Shown piece by piece: positions 10,493-19,273 of a stretch of DNA of 64,000 bases. A model generated the notes under the pieces. It searched no databases and was not told where the DNA came from. It was given only the letters and a program-made list of their open reading frames with translations. The position numbers and the translations under genes are program-made. The stretch's first letter is position 1; each line of letters starts with the position of its first letter. The stretch is from assembly GCA_001931535.1 (NCBI GenBank), contig CP016211.1, positions 4,375,573 through 4,439,572 on the forward strand, read 5' to 3'. The stretch is from Minicystis rosea. Lineage in GTDB: Bacteria > Myxococcota_A > Polyangia > Polyangiales > Polyangiaceae.

Positions 10493-10685
10493 GACCGTTG
10501 GGGCTCAAACGATTCCGCTTCGGAGGAGCGCGCGAATCGTTGGTGCTCCAACGATCTGCGTCACGTTCGCGAGCGGACGAACCTCCGGCCTTCCAACGAT
10601 GGTGCGCGCGCTCGGCGACCGTTGGTACTCCAGTGATGTGCCGGCTCGTGCCAGGGCGACGGAGATCGTTTGAGCTCAAACGATC
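10493..10685. repeat. cluster of four ~20-bp palindromic (REP/BIME-like) repeats, consensus ATCGTT(T/G)G-N4-C(A/C)AACGAT
   Basis: Copies read directly: accgttggggctcaaacgat (10494-10513), atcgttggtgctccaacgat (10536-10555, perfect), ccaacgatgg...gaccgttgg (10594-10627), and gatcgtttgagctcaaacgatc (10664-10685, perfect). They lie between the 3' ends of convergent genes. Confidence 0.6.
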
Positions 10686-10694
10686 GCGCCGCGC

Positions 10695-11660
10695 TCAGAA
10701 GTGCATGAACGAGTCGAGCCAGGCACGCCGAGGACGAACGCGCAGCGCCGCGGAGAGCGGCGCGATCATCGGGAAGGCTTCGGGGCGCGCGCGCTTCACG
10801 GCGCCGGGCGGCGCGCCGCCGGGACCGAGCCAGCCGTGCACTTCGGGCGCGCGGACCTTCACGGCGAGCGCGCGGACCGTCGCCCAGATCTTCTCCGGGG
10901 CGACGCCGGGCACGGCGGCCTCGTCGAGCCAGAAGACGTCCGAAGGCGACGGGAGATCGCGCAACGGATCGTGCGGGCCGGCGATGAGGTAGCCGGCATC
11001 GCGACCGCGAACGCGCACGATCCATTCGTTGCGGATGCGGCTCCGCCAGCGGAAGAAGCGCCACACGGCGGGTGACCGCGCGGGGCGCAGGAAGGTGGGG
11101 AAGTCGCGGCGCCACGCTTCCTCGTACCAAGCGATGAGGCGCGGGAGATCGCGCGGGCCGGCGGGGCGAACGTCGAGCGCGCCGCGCGCGGGCAGCGCGG
11201 TGGTCGCGATGGAGAAGTCACGCGCGGGCAGCGCGACGAAGCCGATGCGCTCGTAGAACGCGGGCTCGATGTCCGAGTAGAGGATGGCCGCGTCGTAGCC
11301 GAGATCGCGCGCCTCCTGCATGACGTGAGCGAGGAGCGCGGCGGCGACGCCGCGACCGCGCGCCGAGGGTCGCGTGAAGAGCGCGCCGATGCCGACGGCA
11401 CGAAGCGGAGCACCGCTGCCTTCACGAAGCTGGATCGCGTAACGCTTGAGCGCGGAGACGAGACGGCCACGCGCGTCGATCATGCCGGCGTAGCGCACGA
11501 TCTCCGGGCCCGCCGTGACGAGCTGCTGATCGACGAAGGCGACGTGATCGCGAAGGGAGCGGCCGCCGCTCCAGAGCACGTGCGTCTGGCGCGACGCTTC
11601 CTCGACGAGGGCGGGGCCGAGCGCGGGGACGTAGGTCAGCGCCGGGCTCCGCCGCGTCAT
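10695..11660 (-). CDS. GNAT family N-acetyltransferase (Eis-like, with C-terminal extension)
   Basis: Acetyl-CoA-binding motif RGRGVAAALLAHVMQEARDLGYDAAILYSD; 321 aa; ATG at 11660. Confidence 0.55.
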   Translation of the reverse strand: MTRRSPALTYVPALGPALVEEASRQTHVLWSGGRSLRDHVAFVDQQLVTAGPEIVRYAGMIDARGRLVSALKRYAIQLREGSGAPLRAVGIGALFTRPSARGRGVAAALLAHVMQEARDLGYDAAILYSDIEPAFYERIGFVALPARDFSIATTALPARGALDVRPAGPRDLPRLIAWYEEAWRRDFPTFLRPARSPAVWRFFRWRSRIRNEWIVRVRGRDAGYLIAGPHDPLRDLPSPSDVFWLDEAAVPGVAPEKIWATVRALAVKVRAPEVHGWLGPGGAPPGAVKRARPEAFPMIAPLSAALRVRPRRAWLDSFMHF

Positions 11661-11667
11661 GAGAGCC

Positions 11668-12858
11668 TCACGGGCTCGCGAGGAGATCGTCGATCACCGC
11701 GTCGGTGCCGCGATCGATCTCCTGATCGGTGAGGAACGGGGCCGGCCCGAGCCGCAGCGTCTCGCCGCGCGCGTCCACGTGCACGCCGCGGGCGCGGAGG
11801 CGCTCGACGCGAGGCTCGGGATCGGTGACATGCACGGTGACGAAACCGCCGCGATGCGCGTCGTCGCGCGCGGTGACGATATCGCCGCCGCGACCGCGGG
11901 CGTCGAAGCGATCGAGGATGCGCCGCGTCTGGCGGAGCGAGATGGCGCGCAGGCGATCGGGCGTGAGGCCGAAGCGATCCCAATGTTCGAGGACGGCGTC
12001 GGCGCGGTAGATCGCAGTCGGATCGAAGGTCGCGCCCGCGAAGCGAGCGCCGCCGGAACCGTAGGAGACGCGCGCGCCCTGCGGACGCGACAGCGAGCCG
12101 AAGTCGGCGAACCAGCCCGTGTACACGGGGCGCAGCGTGCTGCCGGCGGGGATGCGCATCCAACACAGGCCTTCACCGAAGGCGGCGTACTTGTAGCCGC
12201 CGGCGACCGCGTAGACGTCGGCCGCGGCCGGGCCCCACGCGAGCGGCACCACGTTGAACGCGTGGTACCCGTCGATGAGCGGAATGGCGCCGACCTCCTG
12301 CGCGCGCGCGATGATCTCGCCGAGGCGCGGCATCACGTAGGCGTCGTCGAAGAGCACGGCCGAGACGGCGAGCATGGCCGTGCCCGGCGTGAGCGCGGCG
12401 AGCAGACGATCGGCGAGCCCTTCGCGCGGCCGCGACGGCACCCACTCGACGATCACGCCCTCCTCCTCCAAGCGCGAGAGCTGGCGGCGCAGCGAGTGGA
12501 ACTCGCTCTGCGTGGTGACGATGCGCGGGCGCGAGGCGAGCGGGAGGCTCGTCATCAAGCGGTAGACGAGCTCGTGCGTGCTCTTCCCGAAGGCGATGGC
12601 GTCGCCGGGATCGAAGCCCATGCGTGCAAGCACGCGCTGGCCTACGCGGTCGAGCTTGGGGAAGACGACCTCTTCCCATTTGTGATCGACGAAGCGCGCC
12701 GCGTCGTCGAAGGCCAGGGCGAGCGCATCGCGCGCGACGTCGGGCCACGCTTGGTGGGAGTGCCCCGTGAGGAGCACGCGGTCCTCACGCAGGAAGCTCG
12801 TGTACGCCGCGCGGAACGTGTCGAGGTCGGCGATGCGATCGGAGACGGCGACCGACAT
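11668..12858 (-). CDS. kynureninase-like class-V aminotransferase-fold PLP enzyme
   Basis: LLTGHSHQAWPD together with GGYKYAAFGEG (PLP-lysine context) resemble kynureninase; 396 aa. Confidence 0.5.
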   Translation of the reverse strand: MSVAVSDRIADLDTFRAAYTSFLREDRVLLTGHSHQAWPDVARDALALAFDDAARFVDHKWEEVVFPKLDRVGQRVLARMGFDPGDAIAFGKSTHELVYRLMTSLPLASRPRIVTTQSEFHSLRRQLSRLEEEGVIVEWVPSRPREGLADRLLAALTPGTAMLAVSAVLFDDAYVMPRLGEIIARAQEVGAIPLIDGYHAFNVVPLAWGPAAADVYAVAGGYKYAAFGEGLCWMRIPAGSTLRPVYTGWFADFGSLSRPQGARVSYGSGGARFAGATFDPTAIYRADAVLEHWDRFGLTPDRLRAISLRQTRRILDRFDARGRGGDIVTARDDAHRGGFVTVHVTDPEPRVERLRARGVHVDARGETLRLGPAPFLTDQEIDRGTDAVIDDLLASP

Positions 12859-12865
12859 GGCTCGC

Positions 12866-13924
12866 CTAAGGCCGGGAGATGGTGACGGTGGTGGTGGTCT
12901 CCACCGAGCTCTCGTCGCCGCCCGAGCCCGCGCCCTGCACCGCGATGTCCATGTTCGTCTTCAGCGACATGGTGCCGCCGAGCGGCGCGACGCTCTTGAG
13001 ATCCACCTGCGTGGTGCCCGAGCCGTTCGATCCGAAGGACTTCACCTTGGCCGACATGCCCGCCGGCATCTGCGCGGTGTGGATGGTGTCGTTGGCCGCG
13101 AGCTGGATGAGCTTCACCTCCAGCGTGGCCTTGCTGCCGTCGCGGGCCTTGAGCGTATAGATGGCCGACTGCAGGAGATCGGCGCCGCCCGTGGCCGTAC
13201 GGCTGATCACCTGCCACTTGGCGCCGACGCCGACCGGCTCGCTGGGGAGCGGGGTCACCATCGACTCGAAGGACTGGCTCATCCCTCCGAGGAGCTGCTG
13301 CGCCGCGGGCGGCATGCCCGGCGGCATGCCGAGCTTCACGTCGTGCACGTGACCCTTGGGATCGACCCAGTACGCCATCGACAAGCCCTTCATCGTTTCG
13401 AGCTGCGGGCGCAGCGCGCGGGCCATCTGCTCCTGCTGGCCGCCGTTGGCGTCGACGGTGATCGACGTGAGGTGCGAGTCGATCTTGAACTCGGCCCCGT
13501 TCTTGTCGACCGTCGCCGCGTCGAGGCTCATCGACATGCGGGGGATGGTGGTGGTCGGGAGCGTCTGGCCCTGCGCCTTCATGCCCATGGCCATGTCCAT
13601 GGCCATCACCATCTTGTTCGTCGTCCCCTTCGAGAGCGTGTAGCTGAGATCGGAGCGCGGCTCGGCGCCGGGCTCGATCAGCTTCACGATCGGCTTGCCG
13701 CCGACGGGGAGCACTTTGTCGGCCGCGCCCGCGGGGAGCACGCCGTTGGTGGCGCGCGGCAACCCTTGCTCCGGCGAGGCTGGGCCGCCCTGCTGCGCAT
13801 CGTGACGCACGGGCGTGACCTGGGTCACGGCAGGCGGCTCGGCGGAGATCGAGACGTCGCGACGCTCACAAGCGACGGCGAGGGGCAAGGCGAGGAGCAG
13901 CAGCGAGAGGCGAGATCGAAGCAC
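12866..13924 (-). CDS. hypothetical secreted lipoprotein
   Basis: Signal peptide plus lipobox (LLLLALPLAVAC); GTG start at 13924; no recognisable domain. Confidence 0.45.
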   Translation of the reverse strand: MLRSRLSLLLLALPLAVACERRDVSISAEPPAVTQVTPVRHDAQQGGPASPEQGLPRATNGVLPAGAADKVLPVGGKPIVKLIEPGAEPRSDLSYTLSKGTTNKMVMAMDMAMGMKAQGQTLPTTTIPRMSMSLDAATVDKNGAEFKIDSHLTSITVDANGGQQEQMARALRPQLETMKGLSMAYWVDPKGHVHDVKLGMPPGMPPAAQQLLGGMSQSFESMVTPLPSEPVGVGAKWQVISRTATGGADLLQSAIYTLKARDGSKATLEVKLIQLAANDTIHTAQMPAGMSAKVKSFGSNGSGTTQVDLKSVAPLGGTMSLKTNMDIAVQGAGSGGDESSVETTTTVTISRP

Positions 13925-13991
13925 AGGACGCTCCTGGTAGGACGAAGAGCGTCTTAGCCGAGTTGCCCGCGCGCTTCCACTCCCCGGCAGA

Positions 13992-15017
13992 TTACTTACG
14001 GGCCTTCGGCTTCTTGACCGAGGGCGCGTCGGCGCAGCAACGAAAGCCGGTCGAGTAGTCGTGATAGCTCGGCTCGTGCGCGTACGTGACGTACTTGCAG
14101 CCCGGCCCGAGCTGCTCGTGGGTGCTGAAGAATCCGCCCATGAAGACGCCGTTGCCCGGCCGCCAAGACTGCGACTTGCGCTCGACGGGCTCGGCCGCGA
14201 GCTTCTCGATCAGCTCCTCGTCGACGGTGTCGCTGACCCACTCGTGGAGGTTGCCGACCATGTCGAAGGTGCCTGCGTCGCTCGTGCACTGATCGTAGGC
14301 GCCGGTGGCCGCGAGGAAGCCCGGCTCACGATCGAGCGTGGGATCGTTGAACGCTTCGTACGTCCACCGGCGCGCGTCCGCGCCGAAGCGGATCGACAAG
14401 AGGTGCGCCTTGCCCATGTTGCAGCGATCGGCCACGAGCCGCCTGCCGTACGGGTAATGCGTGCCGAGCTTGCCGGCGCAGGCGCGCTGCCACTCGTGCA
14501 TGGAGCAGAGGCGCTTGCCCGCGTTCTTGCACGCGCGCGCGGCCTCCACACGGCTGATGTAGCCCTGCGGATACGCACCCTCCGCGGTGCGCGCCTCGTA
14601 CGCTCCATCCTCCGGCGGCCGCGCGAAGAAAGGGAGCGGCGTGATCTCGCCGACGGTGTTGCGCACGACGAGGTGCGCCTCCCAACGATCGATGCAGTAG
14701 CGCCCGATCTTCGCCATGCCCTCCGGACAATCGGTGGGCAGGCGCGCGCCCGCATCGATCAGATCCCGAGCGGGGCCGCCATCGATCGCCGTCACGAAAG
14801 GTCCGGCATCGGCGTCGGCGGAGGGGCCCGCATCGACGGCGATGGAAGGCGCGGCGCTCGACGATGCGACCGCTGCGACGATCGGGCTCGCGGCCGATGC
14901 AGAAGGCGTGGTCGTGACCGCTGCGGGAGCGCTCGAGGCAGGCGGCGCGGCGCGGCCTTCACGACTGCAGCCCGCGACGAAGACGAGCAGGAGGAAGCAA
15001 GGAGCAGATGTTCTCAC
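13992..15017 (-). CDS. formylglycine-generating enzyme (FGE/SUMF1) family protein, lipoprotein
   Basis: FGE-sulfatase signatures FDMVGNLHEWVSD and YSTGFRCC. Start chosen at GTG 15017, giving the signal peptide RTSAPCFLLLVFVAGCS; the track start at 15035 is TTG. Confidence 0.65.
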   Translation of the reverse strand: MRTSAPCFLLLVFVAGCSREGRAAPPASSAPAAVTTTPSASAASPIVAAVASSSAAPSIAVDAGPSADADAGPFVTAIDGGPARDLIDAGARLPTDCPEGMAKIGRYCIDRWEAHLVVRNTVGEITPLPFFARPPEDGAYEARTAEGAYPQGYISRVEAARACKNAGKRLCSMHEWQRACAGKLGTHYPYGRRLVADRCNMGKAHLLSIRFGADARRWTYEAFNDPTLDREPGFLAATGAYDQCTSDAGTFDMVGNLHEWVSDTVDEELIEKLAAEPVERKSQSWRPGNGVFMGGFFSTHEQLGPGCKYVTYAHEPSYHDYSTGFRCCADAPSVKKPKARK

Positions 15018-15219
15018 GGTGCTGGGAGCGGCCAACGCAGGACGCGGCGCGGATCATTCCCGCGGCGCGGGCGCGCGATTGTCACCTCGTTCCGGGAGCC
15101 GACACCAGCGCTGTTCCAGCATTCGCACCAGCACGCGAAAAGGGCCTGAATTCCTGGGTTCTTCTGCGCTTGTCCCGCCCGCTCGATCGGTTGCATCCGA
15201 GGGGGTAAGGCGCTACCCG

Positions 15220-16959
15220 ATGGGCCTGTCACCGAGCAAAGACCCCCAAGGCGCCGATGACACGGGAAGGTGCCGGGAGACCGGGCCTTTGCGGGGCTTC
15301 CTGCGCGGTGACACGCAGCGCACGCAGCTCGGCGCCATCGCGAGGCTCGGGGTCTTCGCGCTCACGAGCTGCGATCTCGTCGCCACCATGCACGAGACCT
15401 CCAGGGTCGTGTCCGAGATGCTCGGCACCGAGCTCGCCGGCGTGCTGGAGCTCTCTCCCGACGGCGAGCGCTTCCTCCGGCGCGCGTATCTGGGCTGCGA
15501 GAACGCCGAGTTTTCCTTCCTTCCCCGCGAAGAGGCTGGGCTCGCCGCCTACACCATGCTCTCGGCCGAGCCCGTCGTGGTCGACGATCTCCGCACCGAG
15601 ACGCGCTTTCCGCCGCCGCCGATCCTGGTCGCGGAGGGCGTGATCAGCGGGATGGCCGTGGACATTCGGGTGCCGGGCCACGGCGCGCACGCGTACGGCG
15701 TGCTCGTCACGTACGTGCGAACGCCGCGATCGTTCACCTGCGCGGACGTCGACTTCCTGATGGCAGCCGCGAACGTGATCGGCGCGGCCATCCTCCGAGC
15801 GCGCAGCGAAGCGCGGACCCGCGAGAGCGAGCGCGAGCTCGAAGCGCAGCGGAGCCTGCTCCGGGCGGTGTTGGATCAGTTTCCCGCGGGGGTCATCGTC
15901 CACGATGCGCCATCCGGAAACGTCGTGATGATCAACGCACGGCTCCAAGCCATCCTGCGCCGCTCGTTCGACGCGCTCCCCGCGTTCGCGGACCTGACGA
16001 AGGCGTTTCCGGCGCGGCACCTCGACGGCCGGCCTTACGAGAACGAAGACTACGCGGGCGTGCGCGCCATCCAAGGTCACACCGTGAGCGAGGAGGGCTT
16101 CCGCGATCGCGGTGACGGGACCGTCTGCTCGGTGCTCGCGACCGGCGCGCCCGTGCGCGATCGCGAGGGCCGGATCGTGGCGGGCGTCGCGGCCATCATC
16201 GACATCACCGAGCAAAAGGAAGCCGAGCACGAGCGCGAGCAGCTCCTCGACGAGATGCGACGCGCCGTGCGGATGCGCGACGACGTCCTCGCCGTGGTCT
16301 CGCACGATCTACGCAACCCGCTCAGCGCCGTCACCTTGGCCGCAGGCCAGTTGCTGCGCATGACGCCGAGCACCGACGCCGCGCGCGCACACGCCTCCGC
16401 GCAGCGCATCCTCCGCGCGGCCGAGGGGATGGATCAGATCATCCGCGATCTGCTCGACATCTCGCGGATCGAAAACGGCGGGCTCGAGGTGGAGCTCGGC
16501 GAGCACGACGCCGCCGAGATCCTCGCCGAAGCGGTGGAGATGTTCGCGGCGCAGGCGACCACGAGACAAATCCGGATCCGGACGGACGCAGATCGCCTCT
16601 GCGTGCCGATCCGCGGGGATCGCCGGCGCATCGTACAGATCCTCTCGAACCTCATCGGGAACGCGCTCAAGTTCACGCGTGCCGGGGGCCACGTCGAGGT
16701 CGGCGGCTACTCCGAAGAGACGCTGGCCGTGATCTTCGTGCGCGACGACGGCCTGGGGATCGCGGCCGACGATCTCCCCTACATCTTCGCGCCCTATTGG
16801 CAGGCGAAGGGGACGGGCGCGCAGAAGAAGGGCGTCGGTCTCGGCCTCGCGATCGCGCGCGGCATCACCGAGGCGCAGGGCGGGCGCATCTGGGTCGAGA
16901 GCGACTTCGGGCATGGGTCGACGTTCTACTTCTCGCTCCCGGCGGCGTTGCCCATATAG
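15220..16959 (+). CDS. sensor histidine kinase (GAF-PAS-HisKA-HATPase_c)
   Basis: H-box VVSHDLRNPLSAV; N, G1 and G2 boxes NLIGNALKFT, DDGLGI and GVGLGLAI. ATG at 15220; the upstream part of ORF 14716.. is antisense to the FGE gene. Confidence 0.8.
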   Translation: MGLSPSKDPQGADDTGRCRETGPLRGFLRGDTQRTQLGAIARLGVFALTSCDLVATMHETSRVVSEMLGTELAGVLELSPDGERFLRRAYLGCENAEFSFLPREEAGLAAYTMLSAEPVVVDDLRTETRFPPPPILVAEGVISGMAVDIRVPGHGAHAYGVLVTYVRTPRSFTCADVDFLMAAANVIGAAILRARSEARTRESERELEAQRSLLRAVLDQFPAGVIVHDAPSGNVVMINARLQAILRRSFDALPAFADLTKAFPARHLDGRPYENEDYAGVRAIQGHTVSEEGFRDRGDGTVCSVLATGAPVRDREGRIVAGVAAIIDITEQKEAEHEREQLLDEMRRAVRMRDDVLAVVSHDLRNPLSAVTLAAGQLLRMTPSTDAARAHASAQRILRAAEGMDQIIRDLLDISRIENGGLEVELGEHDAAEILAEAVEMFAAQATTRQIRIRTDADRLCVPIRGDRRRIVQILSNLIGNALKFTRAGGHVEVGGYSEETLAVIFVRDDGLGIAADDLPYIFAPYWQAKGTGAQKKGVGLGLAIARGITEAQGGRIWVESDFGHGSTFYFSLPAALPI

Positions 16960-17101
16960 GCCGCGGCGAGCCGGCGGCGTCGGCGCTCTTCGCGGGCGTG
17001 CGATTCTCGCGCAGCGCGCGCCGCGGTGCGCACGTCATGGGCGGCACTTTGCTTGCTCGCGATCCGCCCGGCGGCGCCGACGGTGCCGGTGGAGCTGCTT
17101 C

Positions 17102-17767
17102 ATGACCCAGCCCGAGCTGCAGCGCGACGTCCGCAGTGCCATCTCGATCACCTACGAGCTGCTCCGCCACGAGCACGTCCTCGAGCGGGAGTGGATCGCG
17201 CGCACGCTCGGCGATCTCGAGGACGAGCTCGCTCGCATCGAGGCCAAGCTGGGCGGCCCGCGGCGCGGCGAGATCGTGCCGAGCAGCCTCGACCCTTGGA
17301 TGGAGCGCGTGGAGCAAGTCGCGCACGACGCCGATCCCGTGGTCGCCGGACAAATCCGAGCGCTCCTCGCCAGCCTGCGCGACATCCAGGCGAAGCTCGT
17401 CGACACGCTCGCCGGCCGAGGCGGCCTCCGCGCGGCGGAACGACGTGCGGCCGTCGACTGCGCGGTCGGGGCCGGCGCGATCGCGTCGATCGCGATCGCC
17501 CGCACGACGCGCGCGAAGCTCGCCGGGGCCGCGCTCGGAGCCTCCGCGCTCTCGCTCGCAGCCGTCGGTGGGAACAGGCGCGATCGCATCCTCGGCACGC
17601 GGAAGCACATCAGCGCGTGCGGCGCGCTGGGCGCTGCGCTCGTGGCCGCACCGTTCGTGCTCGGATACGCGCACAAGGATCCCAACGCCGCGACCGCGCA
17701 GGCGCTGACCGGCCTCCTCGCGCTCGGCGGCGCCCTCGTGACCGCGCTCCGACACGCGCGCGCTTGA
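17102..17767 (+). CDS. hypothetical protein with C-terminal hydrophobic segments
   Basis: ATG at 17102 (MTQPELQRDV), in frame with ORF 16913..17767; no known domain. Confidence 0.4.
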   Translation: MTQPELQRDVRSAISITYELLRHEHVLEREWIARTLGDLEDELARIEAKLGGPRRGEIVPSSLDPWMERVEQVAHDADPVVAGQIRALLASLRDIQAKLVDTLAGRGGLRAAERRAAVDCAVGAGAIASIAIARTTRAKLAGAALGASALSLAAVGGNRRDRILGTRKHISACGALGAALVAAPFVLGYAHKDPNAATAQALTGLLALGGALVTALRHARA

Positions 17768-17840
17768 GCCGCAAAGCGCCGCTCGCCGCACCGTCGAAGC
17801 AGCACGCTCCGGTTGACGACGCGACCTCGCGCGGGCCTCA

Positions 17841-18203
17841 ATGCATCGAGCCATGAATGACCCGAGCGACTTCATCTACGTCCTCATCCCGATCGTCGAA
17901 TACGAGGCCGCGGTCACGCAGGGTCATTACCGTCCTGCGAGCGTCGATGACGAGGGCTTCATCCACGCGAGCCCCGCGGACCAGCTCACGCGCGTCGCCA
18001 ACAAGCACTATCTGCACAAGAAGGACGTTCGCCTCCTCTACGTCGATCCACGCCGCGTGCAGGCCGAGATCCGTTGGGAGCCGGCGACGGGAGGCCTCTA
18101 TCCGCACATCTACGGTCCGCTGAACCTCGACGCCGTGGTGCGCATTCGGCGGGTCGTGGCGGACTCGGACGGCAAGATTCGCATCGATCCCAAGGAGCTG
18201 TGA
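17841..18203 (+). CDS. DUF952 family protein
   Basis: GFIHASPADQL...YGPLNLDAV pattern is typical of DUF952. The alternative start is ATG 17853. Confidence 0.55.
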   Translation: MHRAMNDPSDFIYVLIPIVEYEAAVTQGHYRPASVDDEGFIHASPADQLTRVANKHYLHKKDVRLLYVDPRRVQAEIRWEPATGGLYPHIYGPLNLDAVVRIRRVVADSDGKIRIDPKEL

Positions 18204-18218
18204 TCGCGACACGCACCG

Positions 18219-19112
18219 ATGCTCGCTGGTAGCATGAGGCCCATGCCGGCCAGCAAAACCGCCGAGTACGTCGCGCTCTATCGGGCCCTGGAGACGACCG
18301 AGCGATCGCGGACACCGCTCTTCCAGGATCCCTTCGCGTCCCGCTTCCTCTCGCGCGGCCTGCGCCTCGCGCTCGGGCTCTCGCGATCGCGTCGCCTGCG
18401 CGCGGCGCTCGTGCGTTATTCGGAGTGGCGTGCGCCGGGCGCGCGCACGTCGGCGATCGGTCGCACCCGCTTCATCGACGACACCATCCTGCGCGCCGTG
18501 CAGAACGGTGTTCGTCAGATCGTGCTGCTGGGCGCCGGCTACGATTGCCGCGCGCATCGCATGCCCGAGCTCCGCGACGCGCGGGTCTTCGAGGTCGATC
18601 GCGAGGACACGCAGGCCGTGAAGCGGCGCCGCGTGGGCACCGCGCGCGGTACGGGTAACAACGCGCGTGTCACCTACGTGCCTGTCGACTTCGTGCGTGA
18701 CGATCTCGAGCGCTGCCTCGAAAGAGCGGGCTGGTCCGCCGGCGAGCCAAGCGTGTTCGTCTGGGAGGGCGTCACGAACTACCTCACCGAGCGCGCCGTC
18801 GCAGACGTCCTCCGCTTCATCGGGAGCGCCGCCGCGGGCACGGTCCTCATCTTCACGTACATCCACCGCGGCGTCATCGATGGCACCGTGCGCTTCGCCG
18901 GTGGCGACAAGCTGGTCCGCCAAGTAGCGAAGCTCGGCGAGCCGTGGCGCTTCGGGCTCCTCCCCTCCGAAGCGCCCGCCTTCGTGCGCCGCTTCGGCCT
19001 CTCGCTCGAAGAGGACATGGGCGCCGACGAGTACCGCCGCCGCTACCTCGGCGACGACGCCGGGCTCGATGGATACGCCTTCTATCGCATCGCCGTCGCT
19101 CGGGTCGGCTGA
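18219..19112 (+). CDS. class I SAM-dependent O-methyltransferase (leucine carboxyl methyltransferase/Ppm-type)
   Basis: YRALET...DPFASRFL...VLLGAGYDCRAHR...VWEGVTNYL pattern; alternative starts at 18234 and 18243. Confidence 0.7.
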   Translation: MLAGSMRPMPASKTAEYVALYRALETTERSRTPLFQDPFASRFLSRGLRLALGLSRSRRLRAALVRYSEWRAPGARTSAIGRTRFIDDTILRAVQNGVRQIVLLGAGYDCRAHRMPELRDARVFEVDREDTQAVKRRRVGTARGTGNNARVTYVPVDFVRDDLERCLERAGWSAGEPSVFVWEGVTNYLTERAVADVLRFIGSAAAGTVLIFTYIHRGVIDGTVRFAGGDKLVRQVAKLGEPWRFGLLPSEAPAFVRRFGLSLEEDMGADEYRRRYLGDDAGLDGYAFYRIAVARVG

Positions 19113-19273
19113 GCCCGAGCCTCTCTTCTCACCCAGCCATTGGCGCCTCTCTCACGCGCTGCACGCGCGTCGTTCCGTCGCGCTATCCTCTGCCCGCCTT
19201 GCCTCGACGCCGCGATCCCGTTCCCGGATACACGGCCGCGGTGCCGCCGCCGACGGCTCCCGGCCGGAGCAGG

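Noticed and set aside
14716-15219. N-terminal 168-aa extension of the histidine kinase ORF
   Set aside because: It overlaps the FGE gene on the opposite strand. The first ATG with an upstream purine-rich stretch is at 15220.
16913-17101. Arg-rich N-terminal extension of ORF 16913..17767
   Set aside because: It overlaps the histidine-kinase 3' end, and an ATG (17102) lies in frame immediately downstream.
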